Assembly: GCA_018692925.1 (NCBI GenBank)
Contig: JABHLH010000002.1
Coordinates: 38,576-102,575 of the forward strand
Reading direction: 5' to 3'
Source: an archaeon
GTDB lineage: Archaea; Nanobdellota; Nanobdellia; SCGC-AAA011-G17; GW2011-AR17
Length of the DNA stretch: 64,000 nucleotides
A program made the position numbers and the translations under genes. Of this stretch, positions 29,054 to 37,917 are shown piece by piece. How positions within the stretch are numbered: the stretch's first letter is position 1; each line of letters opens with the position of its first letter. The notes under the pieces are model-generated. The model had not been told where the DNA came from and made no database searches. It was given only the letters and a program-made list of their open reading frames with translations.

Positions 29054-30829
29054 TTAACATTTTTTACAATTATTATTACCAAGATATAAAACTTGTTTTT
29101 CTCTACTACCATATCTATATACAGTAATTCCTTTACATTTATTCTTCCATGCTAACATGTAAGCTCTTTTCACATCGCCTATACTTGCTTTCTTAGGAAG
29201 GTTTATTGTTTTTGACACTGCATTGTCAACATTCTTTTGAAAGGCTGCTTGCATCTCTATATGCCTCTCTAATGGGATCTCTAAAGAAGTCATAAATAAT
29301 TCCTTTATTTGTTTAGGTACACTTCTAACTCCTTTTAGGCTCCCTTTATTTGCAATACTTCTCATCATTCCTTTCTTATAGAATCCTGTATACCTTGCAA
29401 GTTCTTCAAATCTTTTATTTACTTCAAACAATTTCATTCCGTTTAATATTTCTCTCATATAAGCTACTGCAAAGATTGGTTCAATACCTGATGAACATCC
29501 TGCTATGATACTAATACTTCCTGTTGGTGCAATTGCTAACAAACTTGCATTCCTTCTTCTTTTCTTTAAGCTACTTCTTTTAAAATTTGGAAATGCTCCT
29601 TTTTCTCTAGCCAACTTTTCAGATTCTTCTCTAGCTTTTTTATTAATAAATTTCATAACACTGTCTGCAAGTTTAACAGCTTCTTTAGAATCATAAGGTA
29701 TTCCTAACTCAATTAACATGTCTGCCCAACCCATAACACCTAATCCTATTTTTCTATTACTCAAACACATTAATTCAATTTCTTTGCTTGGATATTTATT
29801 TACTGTTACAACATTATCTAAGAATCTAACTCCTATTTTCACAGCTTTTGCTAATTTAACCCAATTAACATCTCCTTTCCTTGTAAACTTTGATAAATTT
29901 ACAGAACCTAAACAACAAGATTCTCTTTCAAATAGTGGAACTTCTCCACAAGGATTACTTGCATAAATATGATTTAATTTTTTCAAATTATTTTTTCTAT
30001 TTATTTCATCAATGAATAAAATTCCTGGCTCCCCATTCTCCCAAGCATTTTTACAAATATAATCATAAACTTCTCTAGAATTAAACTTCTTAACATTTCT
30101 ACCTTTATCATCTTTCAACCAATAATTTTGTCCATGCAGAACTTTTCTCATAAAATCATCTGTTATAGCGACTGAGATATTAAAATTTTTCAAATCTCCA
30201 TTTTCTTTTGCTCCAATAAATTCAAAAATATCTAAATGTGTAATATCTAAAACACCCATCATTGCTGCTCTTCGAATTCCACCTTTCTTCATAATTTCTG
30301 CAGCTTTATCAAAAACATACATAAACGAAACAGGTCCTGAAGCTTCTCTATTACTTGTTTTTATCAAACTTCCTTCTGCTCTAATTTTTGAAAAAGAATA
30401 ACCTACTCCTGCTCCACTTTGGAATATCAAGGCAGATTCTTTTAAAGTTTCAAATATATCTTTTATTGAGTCTGGTAAATCTAAAACATAACATGCACTC
30501 AATTGTTTTCTTGTTGTTCCTGCATTTGTAAGGCAAGGTGTATTTGGCAAAAATTCTAAATTTTTCATAACTTCAAAGAATTCATTTTCCCATTTCTTTT
30601 TTTCTTTCTTTTCTACTTTTGCAACATACTTAGCAACTCTTCTAAACATCTGTTCTGGATTTTCTACAACATTTCCTTTACTATTTCTTATAAGATATCT
30701 TTCATTAAGAACTGTCATAGCATGTAAACTTAAATTTAATTTATTCTCTAATTTTAGAATTGTTTTCAAATCTTTAGAATTCTTTTTAATTCTATTAACT
30801 TTCACTTCCTCAATTTTCTTAGAAGTCAC
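29054..30829 (-). CDS. nrdJ: Class II (AdoCbl) ribonucleotide reductase
   Basis: QLSAC, SNPCGE, CCLGS, APTGSIS, SKTIN, KGITVYR; no nrdB nearby. Confidence 0.93.
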   Translation of the reverse strand: MTSKKIEEVKVNRIKKNSKDLKTILKLENKLNLSLHAMTVLNERYLIRNSKGNVVENPEQMFRRVAKYVAKVEKKEKKKWENEFFEVMKNLEFLPNTPCLTNAGTTRKQLSACYVLDLPDSIKDIFETLKESALIFQSGAGVGYSFSKIRAEGSLIKTSNREASGPVSFMYVFDKAAEIMKKGGIRRAAMMGVLDITHLDIFEFIGAKENGDLKNFNISVAITDDFMRKVLHGQNYWLKDDKGRNVKKFNSREVYDYICKNAWENGEPGILFIDEINRKNNLKKLNHIYASNPCGEVPLFERESCCLGSVNLSKFTRKGDVNWVKLAKAVKIGVRFLDNVVTVNKYPSKEIELMCLSNRKIGLGVMGWADMLIELGIPYDSKEAVKLADSVMKFINKKAREESEKLAREKGAFPNFKRSSLKKRRRNASLLAIAPTGSISIIAGCSSGIEPIFAVAYMREILNGMKLFEVNKRFEELARYTGFYKKGMMRSIANKGSLKGVRSVPKQIKELFMTSLEIPLERHIEMQAAFQKNVDNAVSKTINLPKKASIGDVKRAYMLAWKNKCKGITVYRYGSREKQVLYLGNNNCKKC

Positions 30830-30903
30830 TTCTTCACCTCTCTCTATATTATTTTATATAACTAACTTTAACATTTATAAAGTCTTTCACCTATCTAATA
30901 ATT

Positions 30904-31776
30904 ATGCACTGGGTAATACTTACATTAATTTCAGCAATATTAGTTTCCTTTGTAATATTGATTGAAAAATATGTTATTATTCATGATTTAAAAGATCCAG
31001 TAATTATGGCTGGGGTTCTAGGGCCTGGTTTCTTTTTAGTTTACACAATATATACTCTTATTTTTGGGACATTTATAATCTCTTTATCAGCAATGATTTT
31101 TGCATTTTTTGTTGGTGTCTTCCATGTGTTAGCTCTTTTCTTTTATTATAAATCAATAAAGAAAGAAGAAGTCTCAAGAATAATTCCTTTATTTTCAATT
31201 ACTGGGATTTTTATTTTAATTTTTGCTTTTTTCTTTTTTGGTGAAACTTTTTCATTAATTCAATATTTAGGAATTTTTGCAATAATTATAGGATCTTTTT
31301 TACTTTCTATAAAAAATTTTTCAGATTTAAGATTAAGCATAGCTTTTCTCTTTGCAATAATTTCTTCATTCCTTTTAGCAATGAGAGCCATTTTTGTAAA
31401 ATTTGCTTCAAATCTGATTCCTATTACTGGAATTTTCTTTTGGGTAGGTCTTGGGGTTTTAACTACTTCTTTAATTTTATTTATTACTCACTATCATAAA
31501 TTTTCTAAAAAAGAATTTGAAGGAATAGAAATCTTATTTTTTACAAGTTTACTTGCTGCACTAGGGATTCTATCCTTTTTTTCAGCAATTTCTCTAGCTC
31601 CTGTTACCTTAGTTTCAACATTATTTCAAACATATGTATTTTTTACTTTTATTGGAGCAACTATTTTAACTTTAGTTTATCCTAAATTTATTAGAGAAAA
31701 ATTGTCTAAAAAGATTTTTATTCAAAAATTAATTGCAATTATATTAATCTTTATAGGATCATATTTTATTTTATAG
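30904..31776 (+). CDS. EamA/DMT-family transporter
   Basis: 10 TMs, two repeats. Confidence 0.88.
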   Translation: MHWVILTLISAILVSFVILIEKYVIIHDLKDPVIMAGVLGPGFFLVYTIYTLIFGTFIISLSAMIFAFFVGVFHVLALFFYYKSIKKEEVSRIIPLFSITGIFILIFAFFFFGETFSLIQYLGIFAIIIGSFLLSIKNFSDLRLSIAFLFAIISSFLLAMRAIFVKFASNLIPITGIFFWVGLGVLTTSLILFITHYHKFSKKEFEGIEILFFTSLLAALGILSFFSAISLAPVTLVSTLFQTYVFFTFIGATILTLVYPKFIREKLSKKIFIQKLIAIILIFIGSYFIL

Positions 31777-32794
31777 TTTCAACTTCAATCTTTTCTAAAT
31801 CACAAAATTCAGTAGAAAAATTATAAGCTCCTGCATTTAAGAAAACAATCTCATCTCCTTCTTTAAGATCTTTCAAATAAACTCTATACCTAAAAAGATC
31901 CATAGAACAAGGTGTAACTCCTTTTATTACATAAGCTTCTCCTTCTCCTTTTTTCAATTCTCCTTCTACTAATAATTTCACCGGAACAATCAAAGCATCC
32001 ATATCTGAGTTATATACAGAAGCATCAACAATAATATTATTATCATATATTCTCAAAACTTTTGTTACAAGTTTAACTGCTGGAGCTGCAATAAATCTTC
32101 CTGGCTCAACAATCATTTTTATTTCATAATTATTTAACCATTCTCTAAAATCTTTCAATTTCTTTTTAATCCCATCAACAACTTTCACATTTGTATTTGC
32201 ATATACAGAAGGTAATCCTCCACCAATATTCATATAATCTAAACTTTTCAAACATTCTTCATCTAAAACTAAAGAAATTTCTTCTTTAAGGTTCCATTCA
32301 CTCATATTTTGTGTTTTTCTATGGAAGTGTACGCCTAATTTATCAATCTTAGAATTTTCTTTTAATTCTATAACTCTGGAATTAATTATTTTTGAACTCA
32401 TTCCAAATACAAAGAATTTTTCTGTCCTCAAACTATGTTCTTTTAATTTTAATCTAAGCAACAAATTAACTTTGCCTTCATAATTTTCTAAAAACTTTAA
32501 TAAAATATCTAAATCTCTCTCATTATCGACTGCAAAATTGTCAATTTTTTTAGAAATTAAATCCTTTATTTCTTCTTCATTCCAACCTTGTGCTAAAAAT
32601 ATAACTCTTGACAAATCTTTAATATTTTTTAATTCATTTACTAAATGTACACTAAACATACAATTTTCATTTTCTTCTAAAATCTCAGTAACTAAAGAAT
32701 TTGTTTTAGAACTATAAGAAACCAAATCACAAATCTCTTCAATCTCTTTATATTTCTCTAAAACAATTTTCTTATCTAAAATAAATTTAGGCAT
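31766..32794 (-). CDS. Alanine-racemase-fold PLP decarboxylase (ornithine/lysine/arginine type)
   Basis: YSSKTN, HFH, NIGGG, EPGRF, PCSMD, GAY. Confidence 0.88.
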   Translation of the reverse strand: MPKFILDKKIVLEKYKEIEEICDLVSYSSKTNSLVTEILEENENCMFSVHLVNELKNIKDLSRVIFLAQGWNEEEIKDLISKKIDNFAVDNERDLDILLKFLENYEGKVNLLLRLKLKEHSLRTEKFFVFGMSSKIINSRVIELKENSKIDKLGVHFHRKTQNMSEWNLKEEISLVLDEECLKSLDYMNIGGGLPSVYANTNVKVVDGIKKKLKDFREWLNNYEIKMIVEPGRFIAAPAVKLVTKVLRIYDNNIIVDASVYNSDMDALIVPVKLLVEGELKKGEGEAYVIKGVTPCSMDLFRYRVYLKDLKEGDEIVFLNAGAYNFSTEFCDLEKIEVETIK

Positions 32795-33728
32795 TCAATA
32801 AATCCTCCTCATCTAAAACTTCTAAAGCCCTAATCATTGCCATTGGGAAAGTAAATGTAACATCTCCAATCACTGTAGCAATATCTGAATCATCTTTCAC
32901 TTTACCCCATGATTTTGCTTCATTAGTTGTAGCACCTGACATTGATCCTGAAGTCTTATGTGCTGTGGTCATATAAACTGCATACTCAGCTCCTCCATTC
33001 AATAATGTACAAAGTATAGCGTGATGTTTAGAAATGCTTCCACCAAGAGCTATAACACCTTTCTTCTCATCATGAGATGTACTCAATAAAATATTACCAA
33101 AATCTTTCACAACATCTACAACAAAATCTTCATGGTTCTGTTGAAACAAATACAAATGAAATCCAAAAGCACCATCAGTTATAGCAGGACAGAAAATTGG
33201 AACATTATTTTTTGCAGCTTGATACAAGATAGAATTTTCATCATTTAATGTTAAACCAATCTCTTTCAATAAATCAGACACAGCCCATCTTTTCTTCTTT
33301 TCATACAATTGTTGTAAAATTCTAGACATCTTGTCTTCAAAATTCATATAACTCTCATTATTGATTGTCAAGTTTCCAACTCTATTAATTCCTTGCTCAT
33401 GTAACTCAACATCATCACTGTTAAAAGTTCCAATATTAAATTCTTCACCAGTAGCTTTCATAAAATCTTCTTCTAAACCACCAACAGTTGTTACAATAAT
33501 ATCAGCCATTCCTAACTTTATTAATTGTGCAAAGAATCCTCTCAATCCTGAAGTTACCATATTTGAAGTAAATGTTAAAAAAATCTTAGCATTATTTTTC
33601 TTCATCTTCACAAAAACTTCTGAAGCTTTATTCAATTCTATACTTTGAAACCCAACATGACCTAGCTCATTCACTAAATCTTTAACCGTAATATTCTTTT
33701 TCCATTTAAAATCTCGAACTTTTTTCAT
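32787..33728 (-). CDS. Deoxyhypusine synthase / DHS-like homospermidine synthase
   Basis: TSNMVTSGLR, CPAITDG, GSMSGATTNEAKSWGK (catalytic Lys); GGAGGT SD supports ATG 33728. Confidence 0.92.
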   Translation of the reverse strand: MKKVRDFKWKKNITVKDLVNELGHVGFQSIELNKASEVFVKMKKNNAKIFLTFTSNMVTSGLRGFFAQLIKLGMADIIVTTVGGLEEDFMKATGEEFNIGTFNSDDVELHEQGINRVGNLTINNESYMNFEDKMSRILQQLYEKKKRWAVSDLLKEIGLTLNDENSILYQAAKNNVPIFCPAITDGAFGFHLYLFQQNHEDFVVDVVKDFGNILLSTSHDEKKGVIALGGSISKHHAILCTLLNGGAEYAVYMTTAHKTSGSMSGATTNEAKSWGKVKDDSDIATVIGDVTFTFPMAMIRALEVLDEEDLLNA

Positions 33729-33764
33729 AATATAAACCTCCAAAAATAAATTATTAATAGAATT

Positions 33765-33809
33765 CTAACTACCTGATCTTCTTACTGAGTCTGTAGTTAA
33801 GTATTTCAT
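33765..33809 (-). other. Putative leaderless uORF MKYLTTDSVRRSGS in the DHS-decarboxylase leader
   Basis: ATG lies ~22 nt downstream of TATA tttataaa; TAACTAC/GTAGTTA stem spans the uORF. Confidence 0.5.
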
Positions 33810-33883
33810 AAGTTTAGGGAAATTTTAACCTTTTATAAATCTTACCATCAAACTTAAATACCACTAAATTTCTCTTCAAGCCT

Positions 33884-34621
33884 ATGATCATAGTAAAATA
33901 TGCCGAAATTGCAATCAAAGGTAAGAATAGAGTAGATTTTGAGAGAAAGTTGAGAGAAAATATTAAAGATTGTATAAAAATAAATCGAATTCCTTTTGAA
34001 AAAGTTCGAAGAATGAGGGGAAGAATTTTAATTTACACTGATCAAGAATGTCCTCAGTTAAAAAATGTTTTCGGAATAGCTTCATTTTCATATGCTAAAA
34101 GATACTCACAAGATTTACAAACAATCAAAGAAGAAGCATTAAAACTTTACAAGAAAGGAACTTTCAAGGTGTTTGTAAAAAGATCAGATAAGGTTCTAAA
34201 AAATTCTATGGAACTAGCTGCAGAGATTGGCGCATATATTGTAGAGAAAACAAATGCTCCTGTTGATGTAAAAAATCCAGAAACAAAAATTAATGTTGAA
34301 TTATTTAATCACTTTGCTTATTTATACACTGAAACTAATCAAGGTCCTGGTGGTTTACCAATTGGTTCAGATTCGAATGTTATCTTATTACTTCAAAACA
34401 AAGATTCTATTGAAGCTGGATTAAGAATTTTAAAGAGAGGTTGTTCTTTAGATGTTTACAAAGAAAAAGATATTGACTATTCTAAATTAAAAGAATACGA
34501 ATATGGTTTTAGAATTAAAGAATTGGAAGAGATGCCTGAAGAACCAGAAGCTGTAATTGTATCAGATAAAGTAGATTCAATAAAAGATTATCCTTACTTT
34601 GTTTTAAGACCTTTAATATAA
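33884..34621 (+). CDS. ThiI N-terminal NFLD+THUMP with degenerate PP-loop
   Basis: IVKYAEIAIKGKNR, VDVKNPE, GPGGLPIG; no SGGxDS. Confidence 0.88.
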   Translation: MIIVKYAEIAIKGKNRVDFERKLRENIKDCIKINRIPFEKVRRMRGRILIYTDQECPQLKNVFGIASFSYAKRYSQDLQTIKEEALKLYKKGTFKVFVKRSDKVLKNSMELAAEIGAYIVEKTNAPVDVKNPETKINVELFNHFAYLYTETNQGPGGLPIGSDSNVILLLQNKDSIEAGLRILKRGCSLDVYKEKDIDYSKLKEYEYGFRIKELEEMPEEPEAVIVSDKVDSIKDYPYFVLRPLI

Positions 34622-34657
34622 GAAAACTTTATTAACACTCTAAACTCATATCAACTT

Positions 34658-35272
34658 ATGCAATATAAAATTCTTGGGAATGGAAACTTTGATAATATCT
34701 GTGATTCTCAAGCTTACAAAGATGTAAAAGAATATTTGAATTATTTAATCTCTCACCAAGGTCTTGATATTTTAGACATTAAAGTAACTCTTTATGGAAC
34801 TGTTAGAAATCCAGAATTTAATTTTTTTAGAAAAAAAGGATTATTTGGTTTCCTTGGAAAATCCAAAGTAAATTCAAAAGCACCTAATGGATATGAACAA
34901 GCACCTTATGTTACTATACCCCTAGGATCAACAAGAATAGATTCCTTAGATTACACAACTCACCTTAATGCTGCAAAATCTGCAAACTCTTCTTTTGGAG
35001 ATTGTCATGAAGTTTATTTTGCAATTACATTCAAAGAAACTAATAGGACAAATGAAGAAATTAGATCTTATTTTAAAAGGTACAGAAGAAAGAACAGTAT
35101 TAGGATTTACATTACTTCCTCAATTGCTGGTCAAGATATATCTAATTTATCTAATTACAAAGATTTAGAAGGGAATAAAATAACAAATAAAGATATTGCA
35201 GTTTACATCAGTATTGACGATCCAACTTCCAACTTATTATCATTTCCTTTAATAGAAGAGCAGGCTGCTTAA
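34658..35272 (+). CDS. Hypothetical protein (tandem paralog 1)
   Basis: Shares FG(D/E)CH and KKx(L/F)F motifs with the next ORF. Confidence 0.7.
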   Translation: MQYKILGNGNFDNICDSQAYKDVKEYLNYLISHQGLDILDIKVTLYGTVRNPEFNFFRKKGLFGFLGKSKVNSKAPNGYEQAPYVTIPLGSTRIDSLDYTTHLNAAKSANSSFGDCHEVYFAITFKETNRTNEEIRSYFKRYRRKNSIRIYITSSIAGQDISNLSNYKDLEGNKITNKDIAVYISIDDPTSNLLSFPLIEEQAA

Positions 35273-35309
35273 CAGAAACTTTTTAAACTAATTCTTCCTA
35301 TAAACAATT

Positions 35310-35882
35310 ATGCCAAGGCTAAAGCAAGTAGATACTATTGTATACAAGAATGTTAACTTTGATACAATTGCTGAAAGAGTTTATTTATTTATCTTACAAC
35401 TAAAGGAAGAAAAACAATTAAAATCTTTAAGATTTGTTTTCTCCGGTACAATTATTCATAATCTTCCAAAAAAGAAAGCTTTTTTTTCTAGATTATTTTC
35501 AAGAAAAGAAGAGATTATTGAAGATTATACTCCTTATGAAACTGTAAATTTATATTTTGAAAATTTAGATAATATTCCTTATTTATATTCAGATTTACTT
35601 GGAGCAATTCGTCAACAAAATCCTCATTTTGGAGAATGTCATTCTTTTATGATTAACTTATATCCTTCAAAAAAAGCTCATAAATCAAATCTTTTAAATG
35701 ATATTCATATTTATACAGATCTTGTTGGAGAGAATGCTATGGAACTTGAAAAGTTAAAGGCTTTAAGATATCTAAAGGGAACAAATTTAGAAACTACTGT
35801 TAATGTTACTTTCCCTGCAGGCTATGAAAAAGAGTTCTTTAGACTTGAACAAAACCTTTTTAAACCATCTATAAAACCTTGA
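35310..35882 (+). CDS. Hypothetical protein (tandem paralog 2)
   Basis: Shares the same motifs with the preceding ORF. Confidence 0.7.
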   Translation: MPRLKQVDTIVYKNVNFDTIAERVYLFILQLKEEKQLKSLRFVFSGTIIHNLPKKKAFFSRLFSRKEEIIEDYTPYETVNLYFENLDNIPYLYSDLLGAIRQQNPHFGECHSFMINLYPSKKAHKSNLLNDIHIYTDLVGENAMELEKLKALRYLKGTNLETTVNVTFPAGYEKEFFRLEQNLFKPSIKP

Positions 35883-35887
35883 TTTCT

Positions 35888-36928
35888 ATGAAAATATTTG
35901 TAAAAACCTTTGGCTGCACTTTTAACAAAAGAGACTCTGAAATTATTAAAGGGGTTTTATCTACTAATCAATTTGAAATTGTAGATTCCGAGGAGAAAGC
36001 AGACATTATTGTAGTTAATTCTTGTGGTGTTAAAGATCAAACTCAAAGCAAAATTATCTTTTACATTGAATCCTTAAACAAACCTGTTTATCTTGGTGGT
36101 TGCTTACCTAAAATTTTAGATCTAAAAAATATAAAAAATGTTAAAGGTGTTTTTGATACAAATACAATTAATAATTTACCTAATCAAATTAATGGAGAAA
36201 TTAAAGAACTTTTTTCTTCAAAGAAACTTAACAAATTAGAACTTCCTGTTCAGCAAGATAGTGAAGATACTTTAATCATTCAAATCTCAGAAGGCTGTTT
36301 AGGGGATTGTAATTATTGTGCTACTAAATTTGCTAGAGGGAAATTAAAATCTTATTCTATATCTGATATTGTAAACGCAATAAAAGGTTTCAAGGGTACA
36401 AGGGTAAATTTAACTTCTCAAGATACTGGTTGTTATGGTTATGATATTGATACAAATCTTGCAAATTTATTAAAAGAGATGGTAAAACTTGAAGGAGATT
36501 TTATAGTTAGAGTTGGAATGATGAATCCTGAACACATTTTAAAATTTTTACCTGACTTTGTTGAAATTTTCAAAGATAAAAGGTTCATGAGGTTCTTACA
36601 CATACCTATTCAATCCGGATCTAATAAAATTTTAAAAGAAATGAACAGAAAATATACTCTTGAACAATTCAAAGAATTAGTAAATGCTTTAAGAAAAGAT
36701 ATTCCTGACATTCACATAGCTACAGATATTATTATTGGTTATCCTACAGAAACTGAAGAAGATTTTTTAGAGACTAAAAAGTTTTTAGAAGAAATGAATT
36801 TTGAAGTATTAAACTTGTCTAAGTACACTGCAAGACCTGGAACTTATTCTAAAAAGAATTTAAAACCTTTAAAATCAGAAATTGTTAAAGAAAGAAGTAT
36901 TATTTTTGATAAATTTATAAAAAAATAA
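35888..36928 (+). CDS. Radical-SAM tRNA methylthiotransferase (archaeal MtaB/CDKAL1 type), lacking TRAM
   Basis: TFGCTFN, NSCGV, GGC, CLGDCNYC; ends before any TRAM domain. Confidence 0.9.
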   Translation: MKIFVKTFGCTFNKRDSEIIKGVLSTNQFEIVDSEEKADIIVVNSCGVKDQTQSKIIFYIESLNKPVYLGGCLPKILDLKNIKNVKGVFDTNTINNLPNQINGEIKELFSSKKLNKLELPVQQDSEDTLIIQISEGCLGDCNYCATKFARGKLKSYSISDIVNAIKGFKGTRVNLTSQDTGCYGYDIDTNLANLLKEMVKLEGDFIVRVGMMNPEHILKFLPDFVEIFKDKRFMRFLHIPIQSGSNKILKEMNRKYTLEQFKELVNALRKDIPDIHIATDIIIGYPTETEEDFLETKKFLEEMNFEVLNLSKYTARPGTYSKKNLKPLKSEIVKERSIIFDKFIKK

Positions 36929-36932
36929 AAAA

Positions 36933-37760
36933 TTATTTTAGTGCCTTTAATGCAGCACTTCCATCTTTCATGTTCTTCCATGCCATATTATACATGCCAC
37001 TTAATGCAGAAGCGAAGTATGGTGTATTAGCCCAGATACCTACATCATAACTTGGATGTACTTCTTTATCGTCCATAACCATAAACATTACTTCTTTATC
37101 ATCAACAACACAGAATCTAGCATTAATTTTATCTACTGCTCTAACTTTAGCAAAACTCATAAGGTCTTTTGCAACAGCTGCACTTTCTTTTGTCATAGGT
37201 GCTGCTACTCTTACATCTACTCCTCTCTTTGCTAAACTTTGTAAAGTACTTTTTAGAGCTTCAGATTTTCTTGCCAGTCCTTCAGCAGAAGTCATTAAGA
37301 TTACACTTTTTTTTGCACTCTTAATCATTGTATCCATATGTGTATAAACATTATGTCTACCTCTTAGTGCTCCAGAAAGATCAGAAGGTTCAATAAATTC
37401 TACACCTTGTTTAAACAATGTATCTAATTCTCTAAGTAACTCTCCACCTTTCAAGTTATCTAACTTTTTCACATGGTATTTAGCTTCTTTTTGAACAATT
37501 TTTTTTGACCTGTCAACAACTTCTTGTGGTTCAACAGCAATATAGTTCAAAGGTTTTCCTAACTTCATTACAATAAAACCTTTTTTTTCCAAGCTTTCTA
37601 AAACATCATATGTTCTACTTCTTGGTACGTCTGCAATTTCAGAAAGCTCTCCTGCAGTTGATACACCTCTTGATAATAGTGCGGTCCAAATTCTTACTTC
37701 ATATAAATTTAGGCTAAAAAGTTGTCTCAACTTATTTAAAAAATCTTCTTTAACGATCAT
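36933..37760 (-). CDS. TrmB-family transcriptional regulator
   Basis: LNLYE, VPRSRTYDVLESLEKKG, PLD-like C-terminal domain. Confidence 0.92.
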   Translation of the reverse strand: MIVKEDFLNKLRQLFSLNLYEVRIWTALLSRGVSTAGELSEIADVPRSRTYDVLESLEKKGFIVMKLGKPLNYIAVEPQEVVDRSKKIVQKEAKYHVKKLDNLKGGELLRELDTLFKQGVEFIEPSDLSGALRGRHNVYTHMDTMIKSAKKSVILMTSAEGLARKSEALKSTLQSLAKRGVDVRVAAPMTKESAAVAKDLMSFAKVRAVDKINARFCVVDDKEVMFMVMDDKEVHPSYDVGIWANTPYFASALSGMYNMAWKNMKDGSAALKALK

Positions 37761-37917
37761 GTTTTTTTCCCTCCAAGGGTAATCCCCTTTTTACAATTCC
37801 CCAATGATGTTACGTATTGTTACTGTAACAGACAACAATAATGGACACTGATATATAAACTTATCTGTCACAAGTAGTAAAAACAGAAAGTTTTCACCAA
37901 AGTCTTGAATGAAAATT

